Shown: in pieces, positions 26,358-34,888 of the stretch | How positions within the stretch are numbered: the first letter of the stretch is position 1 | Layout of the letters: every line of letters begins with the position of its first letter | DNA from: Butyrivibrio sp. | GTDB lineage: Bacteria; Bacillota; Clostridia; Lachnospirales; Lachnospiraceae | Assembly: GCA_050874365.1 (NCBI GenBank) | Contig: JBNMKN010000001.1 | Location: 1 to 41,541 of the forward strand | DNA: 41,541 nt | Reading direction: 5' to 3' | Notes under the pieces: model-generated | Database searches by the model: none | Seen by the model: the letters and a program-made list of their open reading frames with translations, nothing else | Told to the model about the DNA's origin: nothing | Made by a program: the position numbers and the translations under genes

Positions 26358-26772
26358 ACTCCTGAATTTCAGGAGGGAATTTGTCAGGCATCATTTTGTG
26401 GATTGAGTCCTCGTTTCCGTCAGCCATTGCTTTTTCATAGTACCAGCATTTGAATTTAAGCATGGCGAGGGTCTTTTCAAGAGCTGCAATTTCTTCTTCA
26501 ACAGCTATCTTGCGGGCTTCAAATATTTCTTTTCTGTCGGCATAAGTTGAACTTCCGCCGGACACCAGTTTAAAAAACTGTTTTATATCTTTGATTTCCA
26601 GTCCCGATTTTTTCAGACATTCTATGAGCTTAAGGGAAGCAAGCTCGTTATCGCTGAATTTTCTGATGTTACCGCTGCGTTCGAGATTTGGGAAAAATCC
26701 CTCTTTATCATAATATCTTAAAGTTGAAATCGGAATGTTAAACATTTCCGAAACCTGTCCTATTGTATACAT
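26335..26772 (-). CDS. MerR-family regulator (AdhR/NmlR-like)
   Basis: MYTIGQVSE..STLRYYDKEG, IECLKKSG, KCWYY. Confidence 0.92.
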   Translation of the reverse strand: MYTIGQVSEMFNIPISTLRYYDKEGFFPNLERSGNIRKFSDNELASLKLIECLKKSGLEIKDIKQFFKLVSGGSSTYADRKEIFEARKIAVEEEIAALEKTLAMLKFKCWYYEKAMADGNEDSIHKMMPDKFPPEIQELYDKAHG

Positions 26773-26795
26773 TTTTAAATCCTTTCAAAAAACTA

Positions 26796-26826
26796 TTGAC
26801 CTAAAGTTAGGTTTAGGTATTACAAT
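26796..26826 (+). promoter_or_regulatory. MerR-type promoter/operator of the dxs-like gene
   Basis: TTGACC-19 nt-TACAAT with dyad ACCTAAA-N6-TTTAGGT. Confidence 0.8.
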
Positions 26827-26866
26827 AACTTCATTATATAACAAAAATAAGAAGGAGTAAATATTT

Positions 26867-28612
26867 ATGTTAATTGATAATGTAAAATCCCCTGAAGATA
26901 TCAAAGGGTTTAGTAAGGAACAGCTTGAGGAACTGGCAGGAGAGATAAGAAAAGGTCTTATGAACCGCTTGTCTAAAAAGGGTGGACATTTCGGGCCTAA
27001 TTTTGGATTCGTGGAAGCAACTATCGCACTCCACTATGTTTTCAACTCGCCTGTGGATAAATTTGTATTTGACGTATCTCATCAGAGTTATGTGCATAAA
27101 ATGCTCACGGGACGTAAAGACGCTTATTTTTATGATGAGCATTTTGCCGATGTGTCAGGCTATACCAATCCCGAAGAAAGCGAACATGATTTTTTCAATG
27201 TGGGTCATACTTCTACATCAATCAGCCTTGCCTGTGGTCTTGCAAAGGGACGAGACTTGAAGGGCGATAAGGAAAATATTGTTGCGGTAATCGGCGATGG
27301 TTCGTTAAGTGGCGGTGAAGCATTGGAGGGACTTGATTTTGCTTCGGAGCTTAACAGCAATTTTATTATCCTTGTCAATGATAATGATATGTCGATTGCA
27401 GAAAATCATGGCGGACTGTATAAGAACCTGAAAGAACTTCGTGATTCTGACGGAAAATGTGAATGTAATCTTTTTAAGGCAATGGGACTTGATTACAGAT
27501 ATGTCGGTGACGGAAATAATATTGAAGCATTAATCAAAGCCTTTGAAGAAGTTAAAGATATAGACCACCCTGTTGTTGTCCACATCAATACATTAAAGGG
27601 TAAAGGATATAAGCCTGCCGAGACCGATAAGGAGAACTGGCACTGGTGCATGCCTTTTGACGTTGAAACAGGTAAAAGCAATGTGGGTGATTTCGGTGAG
27701 GACTACGGCAGCCTTACCTGCGAATATCTTTTGAAAAAAATGAAGCAGGATAAAAGAGTTGTTGCACTTGTAGCCGCAGTTCCTACCTGTATAGGATTTA
27801 CCGAGGACAAGAGAAAAGAAGCCGGTAAACAGTTTATTGACGTGGGAATTGCCGAAGAACACGCAGTTGCAATGGCATCAGGAATTGCCAAAAACGGCGG
27901 CAAACCTGTATTTGCTACACACTCAAGCTTTTTCCAGAGAACTTATGACCAGATATCACAAGACCTTTGCATCAATAATAATCCGGCAACATTGCTCGTA
28001 AACACAGCTTCCGTATATGGTATGAATGACGTTACCCACCTTGGAATATATGATATTCCTATGATGTCCAACATCCCTAATCTTGTGTATCTTGCACCTA
28101 CAAGCTGTGAGGAGTATTTTGCCATGCTTGACTGGAGTATTGAACAGAATGAACATCCTGTGGCAATAAGAATCCCATGCAACGGTGTAATCAGAACAGG
28201 TAAAGAAGCAGACACAGACTACAGCGTAATCAACAGATATAAAGTGACAGAGTCAGGACAGAATATCGCAATTATTGCACTCGGTGATTTCTACCAGATT
28301 GGTGAAAAGTTAGCAAAGTTAATTTCCGATAAGACAGGTGAGGCACCTACACTTATTAATCCAAGATATATCACGGGTATTGACACTGAACTGCTTGAGA
28401 ACCTCAAAAAGAACCATACAAAAGTCGTAACACTTGAGGACGGAATACTTGACGGCGGATTTGGCGAAAAGATTGCAGCTTTCTATGCCGCAACGGATAT
28501 GAAAGTCTACAATTACGGCTTAAAGAAGGAGTTTATTGACAGATATTCTGTTGATGAGATTTTAAAAGAGAATCATATTACTCCGGAACAGATTTTTGAA
28601 GATTTACAGTAA
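26867..28612 (+). CDS. dxs: 1-deoxy-D-xylulose-5-phosphate synthase family TPP enzyme (short variant)
   Basis: GGHFGPN, DVSHQSY, GHTSTSIS, GDGSLSGG, NDNDMSI, GIAEEHA, QRTYDQ. Confidence 0.88.
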   Translation: MLIDNVKSPEDIKGFSKEQLEELAGEIRKGLMNRLSKKGGHFGPNFGFVEATIALHYVFNSPVDKFVFDVSHQSYVHKMLTGRKDAYFYDEHFADVSGYTNPEESEHDFFNVGHTSTSISLACGLAKGRDLKGDKENIVAVIGDGSLSGGEALEGLDFASELNSNFIILVNDNDMSIAENHGGLYKNLKELRDSDGKCECNLFKAMGLDYRYVGDGNNIEALIKAFEEVKDIDHPVVVHINTLKGKGYKPAETDKENWHWCMPFDVETGKSNVGDFGEDYGSLTCEYLLKKMKQDKRVVALVAAVPTCIGFTEDKRKEAGKQFIDVGIAEEHAVAMASGIAKNGGKPVFATHSSFFQRTYDQISQDLCINNNPATLLVNTASVYGMNDVTHLGIYDIPMMSNIPNLVYLAPTSCEEYFAMLDWSIEQNEHPVAIRIPCNGVIRTGKEADTDYSVINRYKVTESGQNIAIIALGDFYQIGEKLAKLISDKTGEAPTLINPRYITGIDTELLENLKKNHTKVVTLEDGILDGGFGEKIAAFYAATDMKVYNYGLKKEFIDRYSVDEILKENHITPEQIFEDLQ

Positions 28613-28621
28613 ATTATATAT

Positions 28622-28665
28622 ACCTCAGATTACGGTTTTGACAACCGTGGTCTGAGGTGTTTTTG
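28622..28665 (+). terminator. Rho-independent terminator
   Basis: ACCTCAGATTACGGTT...AACCGTGGTCTGAGGT followed by a T tract. Confidence 0.8.
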
Positions 28666-28676
28666 TATTTAATAAT

Positions 28677-28726
28677 TTACACATTGTGTAATCTGAAAAT
28701 ATATGATACAATATACACAATGTGTA
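28677..28726. promoter_or_regulatory. Paired palindromic operators upstream of the HTH gene
   Basis: TTACACATTGTGTAA (28677-28691) and TACACAATGTGTA (28714-28726). Confidence 0.7.
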
Positions 28727-28745
28727 AAACAGGGAGGCTGTATCC

Positions 28746-28967
28746 ATGGAGAATTTAACAGAGTGTCAGATTGAGATAAAGAAAATTCGTGAAGCAACAG
28801 GAATGAACCGCAAGGAGTTCTGCGAACATTTTAACATACCATACAGGACGGTTACAGAATGGGAGCGTGGAACCCGTAATGCACCGGATTATGTTTTGAG
28901 GCTGTTGGCTTACTATATTAAGAGTGAGAATATGATTAAGAAGGAGGAGCGGAATGGACAGGAATAG
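28746..28967 (+). CDS. Small XRE-family HTH protein
   Basis: IREATGMNRKEF..IPYRTVTEWERG. Confidence 0.88.
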   Translation: MENLTECQIEIKKIREATGMNRKEFCEHFNIPYRTVTEWERGTRNAPDYVLRLLAYYIKSENMIKKEERNGQE

Positions 28968-29796
28968 AGTTATCACAGTACAAAATATCCCTATCACAAT
29001 ATCCAAAGCGGATATTGACGATTATATATGTATAACGGATATGGCAGCAGCCAAATCTGATAATTCAAGGGCAGCGGATGTTATAAAAAATTGGCTGAGA
29101 AACAGAAATACATTGGAATTCTTAGGAACATTGGAACAAATTTATAATGCCAACTTTAAAGTGGTCGAATTCGACCACTTTAGGCAGGAGGCAGGTTTAC
29201 ATACATTTGTTATCAGTGTAGGAGATTGGGTAGAACAAACCAATGCTATCGGGTTATATGTAAAGAAAGGCAGATACGGCGGAACATATGCACATAAAGA
29301 TATTGCATTTGAATTTGCGTCAGCAATAAGTCCGGTATTCAAATTGTATCTTATTAAAGAATTTCAAAGATTAAAGGAACAGGAAAATGATTTAAAAAAT
29401 ATTGAGTGGAATGCAAAAAGATTTCTTACTAAGAATAATTACCTGATTCAGACAGAAGCGGTAAAGAACTATTTAATTCCTGTATGTAATTACAGGGAAG
29501 ATTTGAGGTGGTTGTCATATGCAGAAGAAGCTGATTTGCTGAATGTTGCATTATTTGGTTTTACAGCGAAAGCATGGAGAGAGGCAAATCCTGAATTGGC
29601 GAAGAACAGTAACATAAGGGATTATGCGTCTATTAATGAATTAACGGTTTTATCAAATCTGGAAAGTCACAATGCACAGATGATACGGGAAGGAAAATCA
29701 AAAGAAGAGAGATTTATGATATTAAAGGAAATTGCGGAATATCAGATAAAAATATTGAATGAAGCTCAAAATATAAGTATCGGAACAGACATATAA
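28954..29796 (+). CDS. KilA-N domain protein
   Basis: DYICITDMA, NWLRNRNTLEFLG, GRYGGTYAHKDIAFEFAS, KLYLIKEFQRLK. Confidence 0.9.
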   Translation: MDRNRVITVQNIPITISKADIDDYICITDMAAAKSDNSRAADVIKNWLRNRNTLEFLGTLEQIYNANFKVVEFDHFRQEAGLHTFVISVGDWVEQTNAIGLYVKKGRYGGTYAHKDIAFEFASAISPVFKLYLIKEFQRLKEQENDLKNIEWNAKRFLTKNNYLIQTEAVKNYLIPVCNYREDLRWLSYAEEADLLNVALFGFTAKAWREANPELAKNSNIRDYASINELTVLSNLESHNAQMIREGKSKEERFMILKEIAEYQIKILNEAQNISIGTDI

Positions 29797-29900
29797 TTCT
29801 CCACGAATCGTAGAATCCTCATAAAATCACCATATTCTACGAATTGTGGGTGTGAAATATGATACGCAAAGGATATTATGACTATGAAAGGAGGAAGAGG

Positions 29901-30506
29901 ATGGACCAGATAAAGATTGGCAGATTTATTGCGGAAGAGAGAAAAAGGAAGGGATACACCCAGAAGATTCTTTCCGAAAAACTTGGAATAAGTGATAAGA
30001 CAATTTCCAAATGGGAACGGGGAAACGGCTTCCCTGAAGTATCGCTTCTGATTCCATTGTGCAGCGAACTTGATATAACAGTTAATGAATTGCTTTCGGG
30101 AGAAAGGGTTTCTGAGGAGCAATATCGTAAGAAAGCGGAGGAAAATATGGTGAATTTAGTTAAAGAAGCACAGGAAAATAAAAAGAAAATAGTATTGTCG
30201 ATAATGGTAGGCATATTAACAATTATTGCAGCCGTTCCTCTATTTATAGTTGCGGGAATGTTTGATATGAGTACAGGAGTCAGGATAACATTTATTGCAA
30301 TTGGGATAGTTGTAGTGGTAATAGGAATTGCAGTTGCATGTATTATGGACAGAGAAGCAGGGGCTTTTGAATGTCCGGAATGTCATGAGCGATTTATTCC
30401 GGATATGAAATCATATATAATGGCAGCACATACACCGACTAAGAGAAAACTTACATGCCCTAAGTGTGGTGCACATAGATACTGTAAAAAAGTTCTTACA
30501 AAATAA
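29901..30506 (+). CDS. XRE HTH regulator with two TM helices and C-terminal Zn ribbon
   Basis: SDKTISKWERG; 2 TMs; CPEC...CPKC; ATG after AGGAGG. Confidence 0.88.
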   Translation: MDQIKIGRFIAEERKRKGYTQKILSEKLGISDKTISKWERGNGFPEVSLLIPLCSELDITVNELLSGERVSEEQYRKKAEENMVNLVKEAQENKKKIVLSIMVGILTIIAAVPLFIVAGMFDMSTGVRITFIAIGIVVVVIGIAVACIMDREAGAFECPECHERFIPDMKSYIMAAHTPTKRKLTCPKCGAHRYCKKVLTK

Positions 30507-30516
30507 TATTAAATCA

Positions 30517-30541
30517 CCCCGGATTTCATGTAAATCCGGGG
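30517..30541. terminator. Hairpin between convergent genes
   Basis: CCCCGGATTT-CATGT-AAATCCGGGG. Confidence 0.7.
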
Positions 30542-30552
30542 CAGATAGTTTC

Positions 30553-31923
30553 TTATTTTTCACAAATATGTCTGGCTACATAGACACCGCTTGCGGATGC
30601 GTGTGAAAGTGAGTGGGTAACACCGCTGCCGTCACCGATTATGTACAGACCGTCATATTTACACTCAAGATTTTCATTGAGTTCAACTTCCATATTATAG
30701 AATTTAACCTCAACGCCGTAAAGCAACGTATCATCATTAGCAGTACCCGGAGCGATTTTATCAAGAGCATAAATCATTTCAATGATTCCGTCAAGTATTC
30801 GCTTTGGAAGCACAAGGCTTAAATCACCCGGTGTAGCTTTAAGCGTAGGAGTTACAAGACCTTCTCTTATACGGGTCTCATTACTTCTTCTGCCTCTGAC
30901 AAGGTCACCGAAGCGCTGTACGATTACACCGCCGCCAAGCATATTGGAAAGGCGGGCAATACTTTCGCCGTAACCGTTGCTGTCCTTGAAAGGCTCAGAA
31001 AAATGCTTTGCAACAAGGAGTGCGAAATTAGTATTTTCTGTCTGCATTTCCTCACCCTCATAGCTGTGACCGTTGACGGTTACGATTCCGTTGGTGTTCT
31101 CATTAACTACAATGCCGTGTGGATTCATACAGAAAGTACGGACATTATCTTCAAACTGCTGTGTTCTGTATACGATTTTACTTTCGTATAATTCATCTGT
31201 AAGATGTGAGAAAATAACGGCAGGAAGTTCAACACGGACACCGATATCAACACGGTTTGATTTGGTAGGGATGTCCATTTCATGACATATTTTTTCCATC
31301 CATTTACTGCCGCTTCTGCCCACAGATACTATACAGTTCTCACATTCAAATTCTTCGGAAGCTGTTTTAATAAGATATCCGTTGTCGGTATGGGTTATTG
31401 ATACAACAGGTGTATCAAAGTAAAAATCGGCTTTTTCCTTTAATTCATTGTATAGATTTTCAAGAACAACATAATTTATATCTGTTCCAAGGTGACGGAC
31501 AGAAGCATCGAGAAGTTTTAATTTGTTCTGCATACAGATTTTTTTAAACTGTGTACCCGCAGTTGAAAAAAGTCTGGTGCCCTCGCCACCGTGCTCCATA
31601 TTAATTTCATCCACATATTTCATTAATTCTATGGCTTTTTGCTTACCTATGTATTCGTACAATGTTCCGCCGAAATCATTGGTAATATTGTATTTGCCGT
31701 CAGAAAATGCACCTGCACCTCCAAAACCGCTCATGATGGAACAGCTCTTACACTTAATGCAGGTTGGAATTTTGTCACCGTCAATAGGACATTTTCTGTC
31801 AGATAACTGGTGTCCCGCTTCAAATACACCGATGGACAGGTCGGGACTTTTCTTTGCCAGCTCGTAAGTCGCAAATATACCGCCGGGTCCTGCACCGATT
31901 ACAATAACGTCATAATGTTTCAT
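30553..31923 (-). CDS. Uncharacterised FAD-dependent oxidoreductase (COG2509-like)
   Basis: GAGPGG, C..C..C cluster, GGAGAFSDGK, RTFCMNP, IGDGSGVT. Confidence 0.88.
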   Translation of the reverse strand: MKHYDVIVIGAGPGGIFATYELAKKSPDLSIGVFEAGHQLSDRKCPIDGDKIPTCIKCKSCSIMSGFGGAGAFSDGKYNITNDFGGTLYEYIGKQKAIELMKYVDEINMEHGGEGTRLFSTAGTQFKKICMQNKLKLLDASVRHLGTDINYVVLENLYNELKEKADFYFDTPVVSITHTDNGYLIKTASEEFECENCIVSVGRSGSKWMEKICHEMDIPTKSNRVDIGVRVELPAVIFSHLTDELYESKIVYRTQQFEDNVRTFCMNPHGIVVNENTNGIVTVNGHSYEGEEMQTENTNFALLVAKHFSEPFKDSNGYGESIARLSNMLGGGVIVQRFGDLVRGRRSNETRIREGLVTPTLKATPGDLSLVLPKRILDGIIEMIYALDKIAPGTANDDTLLYGVEVKFYNMEVELNENLECKYDGLYIIGDGSGVTHSLSHASASGVYVARHICEK

Positions 31924-31952
31924 TCAAAAACCTCCTGTGTTGTTTTAGGCAT

Positions 31953-32004
31953 AAAAAAACCACAGACAGTTCACCTATAAAAGATTATAGATAACTGTTT
32001 GCGG
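31953..32004 (-). terminator. Riboswitch expression-platform terminator overlapping the aptamer
   Basis: CCGCAAACAGUUAUCUAUAA pairs with UUAUAGGUGAACUGUCUGUGG, followed by U7. Confidence 0.8.
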
Positions 32005-32047
32005 CAGTCAGTAGAAACATTCATCCTTATCATGAATATATATAACC
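31983..32047 (-). ncRNA. Purine (guanine-class) riboswitch aptamer
   Basis: P1 GGUUAUA/UAUAAUC, P2 AUUCAU-GAUAAGG-AUGAAU, J2/3 GUUUCUAC, P3 UGACUG-CCGCAAA-CAGUUA, GG/CC loop-loop pairing, discriminator C. Confidence 0.88.
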
Positions 32048-32079
32048 TGCTTACAGAATATCAAAACCGATAAAAAAAA

Positions 32080-32649
32080 TCAAGTGGCTTTAAGTGCGGC
32101 AGGAATTGAGTTATTAAGTATTATTTTAAAATATTCATTTATTTTCGCTACATTGTATTTCTGAGGATTCTGGACAAAATTAATAATCATGCCGGCAACT
32201 CCCTCTGTATACAAATCGCATAAGAAACGTTTATAGTCGGGAGCAAGGCTGACACCGAGATTTTTCTCCATATCACTGACCGTTCTTGTAATAATGACAA
32301 TAAAATCATTATAAAAAAAGTTCTTAAGCCCGTCCCTGCCGATTGAATCATAGGCACAATTAATGATGTAGGCATTTTCACGGACATATTTCACAACAAA
32401 AGCAGCAACTTCGTCAAAATCGGTAATAAGGTCATACTGTTTCACAACCTCAACCGCATCCATCTCAAAAGTCCAGCGCAACAGGTCATAGATATCAGAA
32501 AAATGATAGTAAAAAGTTTTTCTGTTAATGTTACATTCCTTTATTAATTCACTGACGGTTATTTTGGAAAAAGTCTTTTGAGACATAATTTTTTTAAGAA
32601 CTGCAGCAATTTCTTTTTTGGTGCGTAAAGATATTTCCTCGTTGGTCAT
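32080..32649 (-). CDS. TetR/AcrR family regulator
   Basis: KITVSELIKECNINRKTFYYHFSDIYDLL; ATG 32649 after AAGGAGG. Confidence 0.93.
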   Translation of the reverse strand: MTNEEISLRTKKEIAAVLKKIMSQKTFSKITVSELIKECNINRKTFYYHFSDIYDLLRWTFEMDAVEVVKQYDLITDFDEVAAFVVKYVRENAYIINCAYDSIGRDGLKNFFYNDFIVIITRTVSDMEKNLGVSLAPDYKRFLCDLYTEGVAGMIINFVQNPQKYNVAKINEYFKIILNNSIPAALKAT

Positions 32650-32833
32650 ATATTTCCCTCCTTTAGCTGTCTGTAATTTATTATACAACTGTGTAATAAA
32701 ATCTCAAGGGGAATATGACCGTCAAATTATATATATTTGTCCTATATGTAACATATGTGTAATCATTGTCCGTGGAAAAAAGTGTCCCGCGGTCATATTA
32801 TGGCGTTGAAAACATAAAAGGAGACACAGTCAT

Positions 32834-34888
32834 ATGGAAAAAATGTATAGGAAGATTGTTAATCATCCAAAGCTTATAATGGGAATATTTATAGCGTTGG
32901 TAATAATCTGTGCAGTCTGTAAACAATGGGTGTCAGTGGATTATGATATGAATGATTATCTGCCAAAAGACAGTTCTTCTACAGTTGCACTTGATGTTAT
33001 GGAATCAAATTACGAGGGAGGGATACCCAATGCCAGAGTTATGGTAAAAGACGTAACAATTCCGGAAGCTTTGGAGTATAAGGCAAAGCTTGAAGCGGTA
33101 GACGGGGTATCCGGAGTAACATGGCTTGATGATGTTATTTCTACGGTGGAACCTATTGAGGTTCAGGATAAAGATACGGTAGAGACCTATTACAAAGAAG
33201 GAAATGCACTGTTTTCGGTAACTATCGAAGAGGATAAAAGAATAGAAGCCGTTGATGCAATCAAAGAAATAATAGGCGAAGATAACTGTGCTGCGGGAAG
33301 TGCCGTATCAACAGCGGTTGCTACCACAAGTACGGTAAAAGAGATAAGTAAAATAGCGGTATTTGCGGTATTGTTTGTAATACTAATTCTTACAATAACC
33401 ACTAATTCATGGATAGAACCGTTGATTGTAATGGTCGGACTTGGCGTTGCCATAATAATAAATGCAGGTTCAAATCTTATCTTCGGAACAATTTCTTTTG
33501 TAACCAATGCGGCAGGAAATATTCTCCAGTTAGCGGTTTCCTTAGACTATTCAGTATTTCTTATACACAGATTTACCGAGTGTAAGAAAAACGCAGAACC
33601 GGGCAGACAGGGAGCAAAAGAGGCAATGGTACAGGCGTTATGTATGTCAACCTCCTCAATACTTTCCAGCGGACTTACAACCGTAATCGGTTTCCTTGCC
33701 CTCTGCCTTATGAAATTCAGAATAGGTCCGGATCTCGGACTCGCCCTTGCAAAAGGTATAGCAATAAGTCTGATAACAGTATTTGTATTTATGCCTGTAT
33801 TTATTTTATATACATACAGATTAATAGAAAAAACAGAACACAGACCATTACTTCCTTCATTTGGCAGATTCGGTGTATTTGTAAGAAAAATAATGATACC
33901 GATGGTTGCGATATTTGTTATTGTGATTGCTCCATCCTATATCGCATCCAACAAAAACAGCTTTTATTACGGTTCATCCAAAATATTCGGAACCGCCACC
34001 AGATTAGGCCAGGACACAGCGGAAATTGAAGAAATATTCGGACACAATGATACCTATGTATTGATGGTTCCAAAGGAAAACAGGGCAATACAAAAAGAAG
34101 TTTCCGATGAAATCCATACACTTCCCGAAGTGAAAAGTATTTTATCCTATGTGGACACCGTCGGAATGGAGATACCTGAAAGCTATCTCGACGTAGCAAC
34201 ATTGTCAAAACTTGATTCGGATAAATATACCAGAATGGTAATAAGTGTGGATGCCGAATACGAGGGAGAAAAGACCTGCGAGCTTATTGAAAATATAAGA
34301 GGCATTGCAGAAAAATATTATCCGGATGAGTGGTATCTTGCGGGAGAAGGCGTTTCTACATATGACCTTAAAGATACGGTAACCAAAGATATGGTAAAAG
34401 TAAATCTCGTAGCAATTCTTGCCGTATTTATTGTATTACTGATTACGATGAAGTCGGTTATGCTTCCGGTGGTACTTGTATTAAGTATTGAAACGGCTAT
34501 ATGGATTAACCTTTCCATACCATATATCACCGGCCAGAGCATTTTCTACATTGCATATCTGATAATAAGTTCAATCCAGTTAGGCGCAACCGTCGACTAT
34601 GCGATTTTACTGACAGAAAGATATAAAGAATTCAGACAGGAATACAATAAGAAAGAAGCGGTTGTAAAGACAATATCCGCAGTTACGATATCCATACTTA
34701 CATCAGGAAGTGTACTTACTATTGTAGGATTTTTACTTGGAAAAATATCAACACACGGACTTCTTTCACAGCTTGGATATTTCCTTGGAAAAGGAACACT
34801 TTGCTCAATGACAATAGTATTTTTTGTCCTGCCGGGACTTTTGTATATATTTGATAAAACATTTATTAAAAGCAAGGAGGAAAATTAA
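32834..34888 (+). CDS. MMPL/RND-family membrane transporter
   Basis: Two MMPL halves; LAVSLDYSVFL and LGATVDYAIL motifs. Confidence 0.9.
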   Translation: MEKMYRKIVNHPKLIMGIFIALVIICAVCKQWVSVDYDMNDYLPKDSSSTVALDVMESNYEGGIPNARVMVKDVTIPEALEYKAKLEAVDGVSGVTWLDDVISTVEPIEVQDKDTVETYYKEGNALFSVTIEEDKRIEAVDAIKEIIGEDNCAAGSAVSTAVATTSTVKEISKIAVFAVLFVILILTITTNSWIEPLIVMVGLGVAIIINAGSNLIFGTISFVTNAAGNILQLAVSLDYSVFLIHRFTECKKNAEPGRQGAKEAMVQALCMSTSSILSSGLTTVIGFLALCLMKFRIGPDLGLALAKGIAISLITVFVFMPVFILYTYRLIEKTEHRPLLPSFGRFGVFVRKIMIPMVAIFVIVIAPSYIASNKNSFYYGSSKIFGTATRLGQDTAEIEEIFGHNDTYVLMVPKENRAIQKEVSDEIHTLPEVKSILSYVDTVGMEIPESYLDVATLSKLDSDKYTRMVISVDAEYEGEKTCELIENIRGIAEKYYPDEWYLAGEGVSTYDLKDTVTKDMVKVNLVAILAVFIVLLITMKSVMLPVVLVLSIETAIWINLSIPYITGQSIFYIAYLIISSIQLGATVDYAILLTERYKEFRQEYNKKEAVVKTISAVTISILTSGSVLTIVGFLLGKISTHGLLSQLGYFLGKGTLCSMTIVFFVLPGLLYIFDKTFIKSKEEN

